Source: Eledone cirrhosa (Eukaryota). Taken from it: a stretch of 64,000 bases of DNA. Each line of letters begins with the position of its first letter. Position 1 is the stretch's first letter. Location: the NCBI GenBank assembly GCA_964016885.1, contig OZ024740.1, positions 186,062,001 to 186,126,000 of the forward strand. The letters run 5' to 3'. This document shows, in pieces, positions 1 through 13,724 of this stretch. The notes under the pieces are model-generated. The model searched no databases and was not told the origin of the DNA. It saw only the letters and a list, made by a program, of their open reading frames with translations. Position numbers and translations under genes: made by a program.

Positions 1-189
1 CTGAGAGAAATATTGCTCTAATTATTCAACAATAAATATTTGATGTATTTTGAGAAAAAAACACTCATTTTCACTTAAGTAGCTTTTTGTAATATAGTGA
101 GATTAAATGTTTACGTATACGAAAATAAGACAACGATATTTATTTGGAATCTATTTACGAGCACGACTCATAAATAGCTAACATCCTTG

Positions 190-435
190 CCGTACGTCTG
201 TATCATCCTCGTTTGATTCCTGGACTGGGATTTGCATTGAGTTCTTGAGTAAAGCATTTTATTTCCCGTTGTTCCAGTACTAGAATCTAGGTGTCAGTAC
301 TAGCAGTAGCTAGGGAGTTAAATATGCGATAGACAGGTGTTCTATCCAGAGAGTCCTGTAAACGCAGTCGCTTAACGCCAAGAAAATCGGGGTTAAACAC
401 CGGCCTGATGGGTCTTCAGCTTAAAACAAACTTAA
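190..435 (+). mobile_element. Decayed SINE (second family)
   Basis: B-box-like GTTTGATTCC followed by TTCTTGAGTAAAGCATTTTATTTCCCGTTGTTCCAGT; related to 61015-61140. Confidence 0.5.
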
Positions 436-1631
436 ACTCTTAACCCTTGAAATACTATTTTGTGTAAATGTTTTCATTATTATTTTGATACATATTTGTG
501 TATGAAAATTCGTAACACTGTTTCGTTATATGAAACATTTTGATTGCTGATGAAATTGTTCGTTCTCTATTTAAGGTTGCTTTTAGTGTAAGCATTCGAA
601 CGTATTTTATTATGCTATATATTTTATTATATCTTCAATTTCACTTACGTGCGAATGTTGTTAAACGCCTAACACTCGAATATATGGCGTGACAAGTTCA
701 ATAATATCATAGATAAATTGTGCGGAATAGGAGAATATGTAGACTGACGGAGGAAATCTCTTGCTATATGTATTTAGTCTACTTTATCAGTCCAACTGCT
801 ACCAAAGTCAACCGACATTTCAACTAAAGCCTCTGCTTCAGTTGGCACGATATCATAAGGGTAGATGGGGATGAGATTGAATGCAGAATTTGCCAAAATT
901 TCGGAGGTTTTGATAAGAAACCGCGGGGAGGATTCCTGCCTGATATATGTTTCAATGTACTTTCTTCAGGCTCATTGCCATGACTTGCATTCACAAGACA
1001 AAGAGTCTCTTCTCTGAAGAATTCCATGGCCCTGTACATTTATAAAAGCACTGTATAGCAGAATCGGAACGGCTTTTAGCAAAGATACCATGCAATTACA
1101 ATTTGATTTCAAAAGCCATTCATTTCGGATTCACTTGTTATCCTTCAAACATCGATAAAATGATTGTTCTACCGATTGTTTCAAATCTATTAACTTACCC
1201 GTATATTAAATTGTCAATTTGTTTACTGAAAAATTCAAGATTACAATCATTTCTTCAGCACTTTTTCGATTCCATTCACTAGTTGAAAAGGAAAGCTTTA
1301 TTTCCCAACCTCCACATATGTATTCTCCTGGGGTAATATAACGATACTGAAATCACTATACATTACAAAACATTTATAACGCCAGAATACTTTAGTAGGT
1401 AAGACAATGCTTCCTTTATTTTCCTATTTTATTATCTGCTTTTCATCGACGAAGCTCGAAATATTGAGCAGCCTTTACTTCTTATTTCGTCCCCCATCAC
1501 TTAACTTATATCATATACTGAAAATTTTGCTTTTTGATATTGCATTTTGATTCTTGCTTCCAATAACTTTTCATCATAGAAGATAACGAATTCAATCAAC
1601 AGCAAACGAGGATGATCTAGCTAGTAGTTTA

Positions 1632-1800
1632 AGATGCTAGAAATAACAGTCAAATAAGCTTCAAATGCCGTCTTAAAAAAGACACATTTGATAATATAAT
1701 CTGGTGGTCGCTATGCCTGAAAGCAACGAGCGAATGGTCCTAGCTGGAATGGTTTAGTCATAAGTTTGATCAAAGTGAGCTGATGTACGTCTAAACAACA
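1632..1800 (+). repeat. Short interspersed repeat, third family (SINE 3'-type)
   Basis: GCTAGAAATAACAG..TCTTAAAAAA..GCTGGAATG..CTAAACAAC blocks recur at 30855-31010, 31225-31402 and inverted at ~48540-48720. Confidence 0.5.
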
Positions 1801-4112
1801 CCAAAATAGCATATTGGATGGTGTAATTTGTGGAATGCTATTCTCAAAACAAACAAGATAGTCGAGATTGGAATGTTTTTTATCTTAGATCTGATCTATA
1901 AGACGCTGCTTAGTACAAAAGACCACATATAGCATTTCAAGCACTTGCAATCAAGGACGTTGCAACTCAAGAAGTAACTTTTATAAATAGCAACATAATC
2001 TTCCATGAGTTACACATCTCCATTTTAGAAAATAACTCGTTGGATAATATAGTCCTGGGATCTCTACGAAAAATTACAGCTAAACTACTCATACACCAGG
2101 TACTTAAAAATAAATTACAAGTAGTTCGATATACATAAATGATGGATGGTCATAAATGGCACACGTTTCTCTGAAAATTTCTCTGTTTAGTCAAACCATT
2201 TTAGAGCTAACTCTGTCATTAGGTTACTAACTATGAAATTTACTGAAACGTATTAAACCAAATATTATTATATTGCAGAGCAAACCTAAATATAATTGGC
2301 CATGTAAATATGACATAAACATTGAATATGATATCATTATACTTTACTGAATGGTTGGGAATTAAATACTAACGAGGTGTTATCGAGAGAGAATCTACTC
2401 TGTTTTCATTTCCTATGCACATATTTATCATATTCTATAAACTTATACTTATGAAATAAATACCATTGTTCTTGAGAAAGACATATTTATATAATGAATG
2501 TAAACATTACGGGACCTTCATATTATGTGAAGACCATAACTTATATTCTAGTGAAAAAAATGATAGTTATTTTTGAAAATGTTCATGCATCATTTGCCTA
2601 TGTATGACTATGTTTCTAATTCAACGCTATTATTGATTGAAATTTAATACCACCCCTTAATAAAGTGAGGAACATTTGAATTATAACATCCAATATTTTT
2701 AATATTGTTTGACACTATTAACACGAAGAAGGAAAAAACAGGTTAAAAGTTAAACCTATTAGCCGCCATTTATAAACAACATTTCATGAGATGAAAACAA
2801 TAAAGCATATCTTCATTACAAAATTTAAATTAGAAAGCCATTGCTTGTGTTTAACATGAAGCGCTGACCTTACAGCATAGGATATGCTTAATGGTGTATT
2901 TTAAATGGAAAAGTTCATAACCGTGATTTGATGTTTAGATGTAAGTTCCATCAGATTAATAAACGGTCAATAAAATTATCATACAACATTATAATTATAC
3001 GATATCCGATAACTGTGTTGCTGATATTCTTAAGAGATTATGGAACTTTTGAACAACAATCTTGAATGATTTCTTACATGTAAGATGACATCGAATGAAT
3101 ATAAGATTAAGAATTTGTAGAATTATTCGATAGCATGCGCTTTTCCTCCACCATTAATGACCTTATTGATGGAAAATTATCGCAACTCTGTAAATGGGTC
3201 TCATGGGACAATCAGCTTGCTCAAAGTTTCTATAAATTGCTATACATGATTCGATTTGGATTTCATTTGTGAAAATGTTATCACCCATATAAAATATGTT
3301 TCGCAAAGTAAGAGAAGAACCGATTGTATTCAGGGTATATCACATGAAATCGAATTGAATTTATGATTCCATTGGACTTGTTACTCAGAAAACCTACTGG
3401 GTTCATATATAGCTCCTGCTAACATTTGTTTTATGAAAATAGTAATGAAAAGATAAAAATATATCAGCGAATAAACGCCGGTCATTTATTCTGAAGTAAC
3501 AAATATATCAAATTAAGGTCTTCTTCTTTTTTTTTATTTTATATTTTCCATTCGCATCACTGATACATGTGTTGTCATTCTGAGGAATTTTAATATTTTA
3601 GAGAGAGTAAAGCTTGTATACGACTCACACGATATACTATCACAGAAAGGTTGTATTTTCACGTTTTGTTTAGTTATGTTAATAGATTTTTCAACATTTC
3701 TACGCTTTCCGGTTTTCAAATTCTAGATAAAATACTATTCTTGGTGTGCATTATTACCGTTTTATAATAAGTAGGAAGCATGTGAATGAATGTATATAAT
3801 TGTTCAAATAAGGAATAGCTATGGATTCTTCACTAATACTAACATTTACAGTGGTCTGTATGACCATCATAGAAATCAAAATATGTCAACACATAATGAT
3901 ACAATACACATCCGTTTTCGGAGTGACATCTTGAAGAGTAGCTATGCTCTCTATTTCAATAACTATAATAGTTTAATTAAAAATCCTAGCGACAAGTCCA
4001 CTCCAACTTGAGATATGATTATAGAGAAGAGACATAAGATATGTTCCGTTAGTATATATGTATGCTGTTTTATTTTTGAGTTTTGCTTACACACGGAAAC
4101 ACACAAATATGC

Positions 4113-4157
4113 ACGCACACATACGCACGCACACACACACACACACATACGCACGCG

Positions 4158-4254
<97 letters not shown>

Positions 4255-4274
4255 ATATATATATATATATATAT
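4113..4274. repeat. (CA)n then (TA)n microsatellite
   Basis: Direct inspection. Confidence 0.98.
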
Positions 4275-4959
4275 CAGCCTTCATATACTTGTCTTAGCCT
4301 TTATATTCCCCATTCTTGTTCCATGCATCCAACACTTCTATACTACGGTCCTTTCGAGCGATATAATGCATTACAACAGCAATACCTATGGCGTAAATGA
4401 AGGAGTACACTAATGTATCCGAAGCTGTGCTGACGCGGGGTGGAAGACAACATCATATTTATTGACTTATAATAACGGTAGTTATTTAGTTGTAGCTAAT
4501 GTTTCTCTGGTAGGTATTGGTTTCCTGTAGCTGATACTCTTGTTGTTGCTGATGCTATCGATGCTGTTGCTGTTGACGCCCACTACAATGACTATTATCA
4601 CATCCCCACCACCTCCACCACCTGACCGTCACAGGTCACTAAGTTGGCTGTAAATGACGTCCTTCCGATTTAGCCGCAGTGGGTGGTGATGTTGCCATTG
4701 AAAATAGTGTTCTTTTTTCACTTGCTGTGCCGGTTGTGGTTATTGTTGTTGTTATGTTGTTGCTTCTGATGGAATTCCTATATGTTTTAATTGCGTAATA
4801 TTAGCTATAAACTGTACGGGGGAAAAGCCTTTTACAGTTAATGTGGTTTGATAAATAAATTTCTACATATACAGTCCGAACACAATGGAACCAATGGAAC
4901 CAAATGGAACCAAACTCCCACTGTCACTGCTTCCGTCTCCCCCGCTCTCCCCATCTCTT

Positions 4960-5420
4960 ACTATTATGAAGAAATGGAGGTCCACGTGCTGACCGCAACG
5001 CGGCCCAGACGAACGGAATAGAGAAGGCATTTCCTTGAGGGTTGTAAGGGAAACGCTCTGGAAGAGTCATTCCAGTTCGCGAGGCCCACACCTACGCGTA
5101 GCCAACTCTGTGCAGATGGTGGTGAATAAGGTGGTGTTCCTAGGGCCAAGGACATCAAAAGTCTCCACTGCTATGGGCTCGACCGCAAACCTATCGGAGA
5201 AGGACCGATATTTGGATAGTTTACCCTCCTTTGCCCAAAGTGTAGCAGGACCTGCGTTAGTCACAGACTGCACCAGGTTGTCGCTTGAGAACATATTGCT
5301 GCATGTGGCATCCCTGATGAGGGTTTACCGCCCCGGAATGAGAAGATGGTCATGCCAGCTGGCCTTTTGCCATTCCCTCGGTCCAGCCCCGTTGCAATGG
5401 ATGGCATCCCATATGCTCTG
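4960..5420 (-). mobile_element. Non-LTR retrotransposon 3' fragment, restriction-like endonuclease domain (CRE-like), frameshifted
   Basis: Minus strand encodes GMTIF...GK.LI.DATC and GKLSKYRSFSDRFAVEPIAVETFDVLGP...GPRELE*LFQSVSL, matching the typical RLE C-terminal pattern (PDG..WD.TC / F.PIAVET.G / RE..WL.QRLS). Confidence 0.7.
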
Positions 5421-5782
5421 TGGTTTACTCTTCCAGACTGTTTCTATTGCCACGTCTTATTTTTGTCTTCATTTTTATTTTCTTATTCTCTTTGTGGTCC
5501 TTCTGTCTGTTATATATTTATTCATTTATCCTTTTATATTTATTCATTTATTTTTTTTTTATCATTTATTTTTTCTATTTGTTTCAAATTGTTAAATATT
5601 TTATTGTTATATGTTTAATTATTTTATTTTTCATTTTTCATCCCTTACTTTTTTATTTTCTATTCTTTCTGTGGTGTTTGAACGCAAGATTTCAGTTATT
5701 CGTTTACACGCACACCAAGTGCATATAAAGTATCCAGTGAACTTTTTTAACAGTTTGGACAGATATTTGCACATAAAAACTC

Positions 5783-5872
5783 GCATATCTGATGAGATGT
5801 CGAGGAAGTGTCGGGTCCTGGTCATTACGTTTGAACCCTGAGCTGATCGATATTGAAACGATTGTAATATGC
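5783..5872 (+). ncRNA. Type I hammerhead ribozyme with a 59-nt stem II region (PLE pLTR-like)
   Basis: GCAUAU-CUGAUGA-GAUGUCGA...UCGAUAUU-GAAAC-GAUU-GUA-AUAUGC: 6-bp stem I, intact core, GUA triplet; AATAAA follows immediately. Confidence 0.8.
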
Positions 5873-6143
5873 CAATAAAGCTTATATATATGCTGCAACC
5901 GTGATTCAATCCTACTTGGTTATTTACATATTGCACAGTACAACAGCCTTAACTATGGATTACCACCCAACACGAACCGGACCTCGTAACAGCATTGAGT
6001 GTTTCGACGGCGCACCTATAGCTATAGTTACAATAGCCGACTGAATAAGCACGTAAAACTTTTGCTGCCCACTTTTTGCCTCATGTTCGCCGTTCCTTCT
6101 TCTTATCACTCTTTACTTTCTAATTATCTTTTATCTGATTTTA

Positions 6144-6179
6144 TCTTCTGATAAAAGACTAGTGCTCGAAACGTAAGGA
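6144..6179 (+). ncRNA. Degenerate minimal HHR (PLE terminal remnant)
   Basis: UCUU-CUGAUAA-aagacuagugcuc-GAAAC-GUA-AGGA; G8A core mutation and weak stem II. Confidence 0.45.
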
Positions 6180-6273
6180 CTCTCTTCGTGCTTTTTCAAG
6201 CGTTACACTAACATATTTTTTTGTTTGGTTTGTCATATCTGTTTACATTTTAAACACACACACGCATACACAC

Positions 6274-6368
<95 letters not shown>

Positions 6369-6374
6369 CACACA

Positions 6375-6411
<37 letters not shown>

Positions 6412-6416
<5 letters not shown>

Positions 6417-6603
6417 TATTACACAAAGAGAAGTGTGTTACACAGTGAGATGTGTGGAAAGAATTATTACAAGTGAGTATTTTTTCTATTTAATTGCTAA
6501 ACCTGTAGATATTGTTCTCTATACAGTAACGGTAAAACTCACTTGTAATAATTCTTTACACACATCTCACTGTCTAACACACTTCTCTTCGTGTAATATA
6601 TTT
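6412..6603. repeat. Inverted repeat (~67-bp arms, ~58-bp spacer) abutting (TA)n
   Basis: 6412-6478 is the near-perfect reverse complement of 6537-6603. Confidence 0.9.
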
Positions 6604-6707
6604 GCATTTGAGCTCAGAAGCAAATTCTCTATTCTTCTTTGAGCTAATACTATTATTATTATTACAGTGAACTGCGGAATACTCTTAATTCTGATCTTTG
6701 TATACTA

Positions 6708-6932
<225 letters not shown>

Positions 6933-7070
6933 TAGAAAGTGAGGTTTTTTTTTACAAATTGAAAAATAACCGAGGTGTCCTACACGAGTGAAAGTATAAA
7001 GAAAAAGAGGTGAAATTGAAAATGCAACTGGAGTCTTATTTTTTTTTAAAATATATATATTTATTTGGTT

Positions 7071-7109
7071 CCTTTACCGGTTTCGCAGTTCTTCTGCTTT
7101 TTCAAAAGG
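7071..7109 (-). ncRNA. Minimal type I HHR, U3-A8 core variant
   Basis: Minus strand: CCUU-UUGAAAA-A-GCAG-aagaa-CUGC-GAAAC-CG-GUA-AAGG; perfect stems I and II, palindromic ACCGGU stem III; lies between TA arrays. Confidence 0.75.
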
Positions 7110-7179
7110 TGAGTTGAGATGGAGGGTTTGTGGTTTTTCTCACATATATATATATATGCTCCTTGAAGACGTGTCACCA

Positions 7180-7336
7180 ATTACCCAGTGCATTACTGGT
7201 ACTTTATTCTATCGACCCCGTAAGGATGAAAGGCAAAGTTAACCTCGGCGGGATTTGAACTCAGATCATAAAGGGAGGTAACTTTATGCTTCAAAGCATT
7301 GCGTCCGACTCTCTACCGATACTGCCAATCCACCGC
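7180..7336 (-). mobile_element. tRNA-derived SINE (family 1)
   Basis: A-box TGGCAGTATCGG, B-box GTTCAAATCC; near-complete inverted homolog of 47351-47533. Confidence 0.85.
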
Positions 7337-9049
7337 AATAATGATCCATTATTACGTTATTTTTCAGTGTTACACTTGATTCCCTTCTTTTCATTCTGAT
7401 GTTATTATGTAGTTTATCTTAGTTAACCTACATAATTGCAGTCGTGGAATATGTTAAAATAGGCTGAAAGCACAGTTTCAGGAGAGTCCCTGATCTGCAT
7501 TTGTATTATATTTTTATATGGGCACAAAATGAACGACATTAATATCAAATATTTTTAACTGCTACAGTACCTGTATTATAGGCTTGTGTTAGTGATTATA
7601 TTTTACTTGAGTACATTATGAAAATATCATTTGCAGCCAGTGTAGTACTGATGCTCACATTCATATATTCATATCAGGACATGCTTTATCGAAAGCATCA
7701 GAAATTAAATGTATAAATGATGAAATAGTATCATAAACGTCATAATCAGTATCGAAGTAAACGTGATGGTTTGATTCGAAGTACTGAAAATATAGATAAA
7801 ACAGGAATTTAAATGAAGAGTCAAATGTTGAGTTACTGCGATATTAAATACTGATAATAGGATTTTATATCGATGTTGGCTCTCAACGGAAAAACATATA
7901 CGTCTTAACTTACCATTTCATTTATCCATAGCTGTAAGGATCTACAGCTCGTTTTGGAGGTCAGGAGATAAATATATATATTAAATATATTCTGCAGTTA
8001 TAAAAATACAATGGTAATGGAAAATCGATAAATATTGTATGATATCCTAACGTATAAGTGTTGGTTTCTCAAATTCTCACTTTTATTGATATTTATTGAG
8101 AAGGGATGTATATATAGTATGAAATGTTCATTTTCCAAAGTAAAGGAATGCTGGATTTAACCTAGTGTTGCTGAGTCGATTCCTCAGAAATACAATTTTC
8201 ACCTATGTGATTTCGAATAGGGAACAGACAATCTAGTATTGTTAGTATATATATATTGGGGTCTCAAACCATAAAAAAAATGATTTTCCTCGAGTTTAGA
8301 AAAGGTACCGGACGGTAAATATCACCACACATCAGAACCTTCCTCTTCCGTAAATAAACTTAAATTATAATATATTTTTGTATATCTTTGGACAGGCATT
8401 TCGTTCGTATTTTCGGGCATACATGGAATACCTTATTACACTTTCTCTCAGAGGAAATGGAACACCGTAATACTCCGCTATACACTAGAAACAACTGGTT
8501 TATAAATGGGATCTACCAAGGAATATTAAGTGATGTATTTTTATTAACCAATTGAATATACAAACTGCGTAGCATTCAAGTGTAATTCTTCAGAACATTG
8601 GAATTCTGCACGAAAATAATATTGAGATCATTGTTTAGAAATTCTTTCGCATATTACTATTCGAAATTTTAATATATTAATATACGAGCGAAAGATGGCA
8701 CACATTTTAATGTGCTTGGGGGAAAATATAATAAAAATAGACATGCTAGTAATGACAGCAATCCTTAACAATTAAGATAATCAATTTTGACTAATGCTTA
8801 TGCCCAACTTTTTTTAGTATTTGAGAGAAGGTATGTACCTCACACCTTGAGGCATATATTCGAAAGAGCAGCGATAGTGAAGCTAAACTAATAGTAGAAA
8901 ATAATGAACAGTGACGCTCTCTGTCATATCTAATGGGTTTAAATTATTTGGAGCTGAAAAGTCAAGACGCATACACACACGCGCGCACACACACATACAC
9001 TCACACACACATACACTCACACACACACACACACACATACACTCACACA

Positions 9050-9094
<45 letters not shown>

Positions 9095-9120
9095 AGACAC
9101 AGACACAGACACAGACACAG

Positions 9121-9173
<53 letters not shown>

Positions 9174-9559
9174 CTTGCGGGCGCGTATGTGTGTATGGGT
9201 TCGTGTATGTTTAGGTTGCATATGGGGGTGTATTAGTGTATGTATCCCAAAGAATTAGAATCATATAATATTTAAAGCATAACGTTCGAAAAGATTATGA
9301 ATATTAATTTACATTCAGCACATAAGAGCGATAAATAAGTATGGTTTCTTCATCCAATACAATTTAAGAGATAATTAAAATTCGATATATCCAAGTTAAA
9401 CGAAAGATGAAAATAAATGACAATATGAATGTCCAGTTTGGTGATTAATTAAAAATAGTAACGGAATGGACGCATATAAGCAGATATATTGATCTAGCAT
9501 GAACAATTTTTAAAACATATATCTGCAAAAGAGATGTATGATATAAGAGGATATTCATG

Positions 9560-9800
9560 AATAGATTATGATATGCAGGACATTGCTGGAGAGGTAAGCA
9601 GGAAGTTATACCCAATCAACTATTTTGGGAACCAACACACGGGAGACGTAGTAGAGGAAGACCTGCTCACACTTTCATCAATCAACTCTCGGACGACAAA
9701 AACCTCAATAAGAAGTAGCTTCTAAGAGCAATGAAAAATCGTTAATTATGGGGAGAGTTTGTCAGAAAGGTTCGACACTGATTACAATGATGGTGATGAT
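9560..9800 (+). mobile_element. RTE-clade LINE 3' end
   Basis: Translates as YAGHCWRGKQEV...LFWEPTHGRRSRGRPAHTFINQL; ends in a GAT-rich tail. Confidence 0.75.
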
Positions 9801-12417
9801 ATATTTTAATTGACTTAAATTAATAAAAAGTTCGGATTAAATAATTATGTGAAGGCTACGAAAGTTAGATTATTTTCTTCTTTTCAGGATCAATAAAATA
9901 ACGTACAATTCGAGGGCAGACAATGAACGGAATATATAAAATGTTAGACAAGATATTTTCTCGATATTTATTTTGGTACATTGGGTAATGCATTCTTGGA
10001 TTGTACATGGAATCCGTCACACAATTGAAGACCATCATTTGGTTCTATTGTGCCTTTAGCAAACATCATTTATTGTAAGCCTTTGGGTCAAACCTCCGCT
10101 CTGAAGATTTTTTTTTTCCTTATTTCTATCAGTCTGGAAGGCAGTGAAACAATAAAAATAAAGGGCTCCGCCATACCCTCTCTGCCTAAATTGTAAAAAG
10201 CAAATATTTGTGATGCATGCTTCAAGTAAGAAACCAAAATTGGATACCCAAATTTCACATTAAGACGACGAGTTAGTACAGTCATTAGTGAGTGTGGGCG
10301 TAATCCATGCAGTATTTCGTTCTGATCGTCGTTTCGACGACTATTTTGTGTTTCATCATTTAGGGGAAAAGAAATACAATATCAGTGAGCACTAGTTGTC
10401 ATTTTGTAATTGTTCATGATTGTATACATGTAGGATGCTAGATATACTGATGTCGAGAATATGCAACAAGGTCATATATGCATCAAGGTCATATATGTAC
10501 GAACATGATTGGCTAGTTGATGTTCAGCACTATGAAATATATTAACGCAGACATGTGTATAATAGTGCGCGTGTGGTTTAAATGTTTACACTCATATTGC
10601 TAAATTGCAATAGATTGTCTCAACACAGGACGGCAGATAACGTCATTTGCCAAGCAACTGCAACAAGGGAATGTTACATCTGACTAACAGTAAATCAATA
10701 TTTGCGTCATGAGGCTTCAAAGATTTCATTTCTTGATGAAAAAAATTACAAGAAATAGGCACTGCGGTTTTAAAGGGCGGGGGGATATTTGATCGAAAGG
10801 AAAACTTGTGTGAATTTTAAATGAAATAATATGGAAGTTTGTCCTTCAAATAAATTACGTCTTTGGAAGCTATCTAATATTTGGTGATTGAGGCGAATAC
10901 ACAATTTCCAATATAGAAGCATCATCCCATGATTGTGCGCACCAGGACTTAGTAAATATTAAATGAGTCAAACACATTTGGCGAGGAAAAGAAATTTCAA
11001 TTTTCATGGTAAAGCCTGCCAAAGACTTTGTTATCTGTATCTATTAAACAATGCATTTCGTTCATGGACATTTAAATCAATATATGGAGATTTTCAAAGA
11101 TTGGGGTAAGACTCGTATATACAATTGAAAGTTATACATATATTACCAACTTTCAAACTGCATTCTTTGCCTTAATAACTCGTTCTAAAAGCTAATTATT
11201 GAACAAGGTTTATTTATAGGTATATATTTGCATTTACTTTTATATACAACGTCAGCTGGTATTCAATTTAAATGCTAAATCTTAATTTCCGTATTTTTAT
11301 TAGTTTATCAGCAAAATACCTGACAAAAATAATAACTTCGTAGAAAATAGCTGCATGTCTTGATTCGCATGTTATTTTAAAACAGTTGAAATACGTTCAA
11401 AAATATATACGCGTAGGACTAAATATTTTACAGTATACAATGTTTACCTTCCGTTTTCTGCGTTCAAATATCAGGACAGTTAACTTTTCATCTACCTTGC
11501 CCTCTGTATGATCTCAACGAAATATATATCATTCATTTACCTGTTCTTGATTATTGTGGAGAATACTTATTACATTAAAATTGTTCTGGGAAACTTAATA
11601 CTATCTGTATATAATTCATTGCGACGCAGTACAGTGCAAAATCAAAACCAATCAGTTTCCAGTATGTATTTGCAAATGAAAACACCCGTGACAATAAAAA
11701 GTGTTGCCACTCATTGTAAAGAATTCAGCAAGATAAACTATAATTTCATCATAAATAACTTGACAACTTACTCTATCTTCCGTTTTGATCTATTTATTAC
11801 AACGTATGTAGAACATTATTAAATGTAGCATGAATTTAAATCATTTCCCAACAATATATAGTTCAATCCAATACAGAGATCTTTCACCCTTGTTGAAGGT
11901 ATGCCTCCCTAATTAGCCTGCACCACTTTTTGTTCGGTTTTGGTCATTCCAGGTTTGTAGCCGTACTCACCAAGCTCGTCTAGTTGCGGATTGTGTGGCT
12001 ATTTAACCGATAGTTGGGATGGAGGGCCATTGATTCTGAGGAGTTCATCCACCCTTTTAATAGTTCTTGTATTGTTTGTGCTACTGGGATTCCACCTACC
12101 CTCCTCATCGGACCAGAGTTATGTGAAGCAACCAGTTATTCGCCGACCACTCAACCAGGAAGCAGGATGTGCTAGGTTACAGGATACCAGTGACAGCTAG
12201 AAGCTTGACCTGATCATAAATCTATAGTTACCTCATATAAAATAAATACGATATTAACGATGGCCTCTAAGAGAAACAAAATTCTATAATCAATTGCATG
12301 AGGATAGAACAGTTCATTAATTGGACTTTAATATTTCACGGGTACTTATTTTGTCAACTCCAGATTGATAAAGGTGAAATTCAACCGCAACAGGATTTGA
12401 ACTTACTGAATAATAAT

Positions 12418-12478
<61 letters not shown>

Positions 12479-12481
<3 letters not shown>

Positions 12482-12636
12482 AACAAGTAGGACCCCGACG
12501 GCTGAGCTCAAGCCGTTTCGACGGCTCAGCCGTCGGTGTCCTACTTGTTCCTATTCTACTACCCACTCTACTACCCTGAGTATTGAGTACTTTGGTGCGT
12601 TATGGTCCATCTGGTTCCTTACCACATTTCCTTCGT
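12479..12636. mobile_element. TA-embedded PLE-like terminal fragment with hairpin and HHR 3' half
   Basis: Arms 12479-12507 and 12524-12552; minus strand GUC-GAAAC-GGCU(ugagcuc)AGCC-GUC-GGGG; same family at 33678-33845 and 38166-38245. Confidence 0.65.
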
Positions 12637-13325
<689 letters not shown>

Positions 13326-13366
13326 AAAGTGTTAAAACAATCAAAATTTTAGTTTAATACATTTAT

Positions 13367-13415
13367 TTGTGACAATTGTTTCTTCCAAGGGGGTGTCTGG
13401 CTTCCTCGGAGCATA
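13367..13415 (-). ncRNA. Type I HHR, U4C variant (left-arm copy)
   Basis: UAUGCU-CCGAGGA-agCCA...UGGaa-GAAAC-AAUU-GUC-aca; 3' strand of stem I has lost a base. Confidence 0.5.
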
Positions 13416-13673
13416 TGGAATGTCTAAACAGGTAATTAAAACCCTAGTCTTCAGAACATTCAGGTAGATACATAAGTGTTGTTAGTGTCCTAGACACCAT
13501 GTAGATAATCGGCTGTTAAAAGAACGTTATGATTCAGAGAATCCAATTACTCTGAAGCATAACATTCTTTTAACTCCCGATTCTCTACATGATGTCTAGG
13601 ACACTAATATCACTTATGTAACTACCTAAATGTTCTGAAGACTAGGATTGTAATCACCTGTTTAGACATTCCC

Positions 13674-13724
13674 TATGCTCCGATGACATCTACCACCCCC
13701 CAGGAAGAAACAATTGTCAGCAAA
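13674..13724 (+). ncRNA. Type I HHR, U4C variant
   Basis: UAUGCU-CCGAUGA-...-GAAAC-AAUU-GUC-AGCA; palindromic AAUU loop III; stem II decayed. Confidence 0.6.

Noticed and set aside
937-972. Minus-strand CUGAAGA...GAAAC-AUAU-AUC HHR-like string
   Set aside because: Stem II is only 2 A-U pairs, stem III is mismatched and there is no stem I; probably chance.
824-1039. 71-aa minus-strand ORF as a possible exon
   Set aside because: No recognisable domain or convincing splice sites.
4391-4436. GCGU...hairpin...GAAGC...ACGC HHR-like geometry
   Set aside because: Both core strands deviate too far to support a call.
5313-5340. CUGAUGA-GGG..CCC motif
   Set aside because: No GAAA or stem III; it lies antisense within the CRE-like coding fragment.
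9870-10080. Polypyrimidine-CAG acceptor and downstream GTAAG suggesting an exon
   Set aside because: All three frames hit early stops; a non-coding exon cannot be supported without RNA data.
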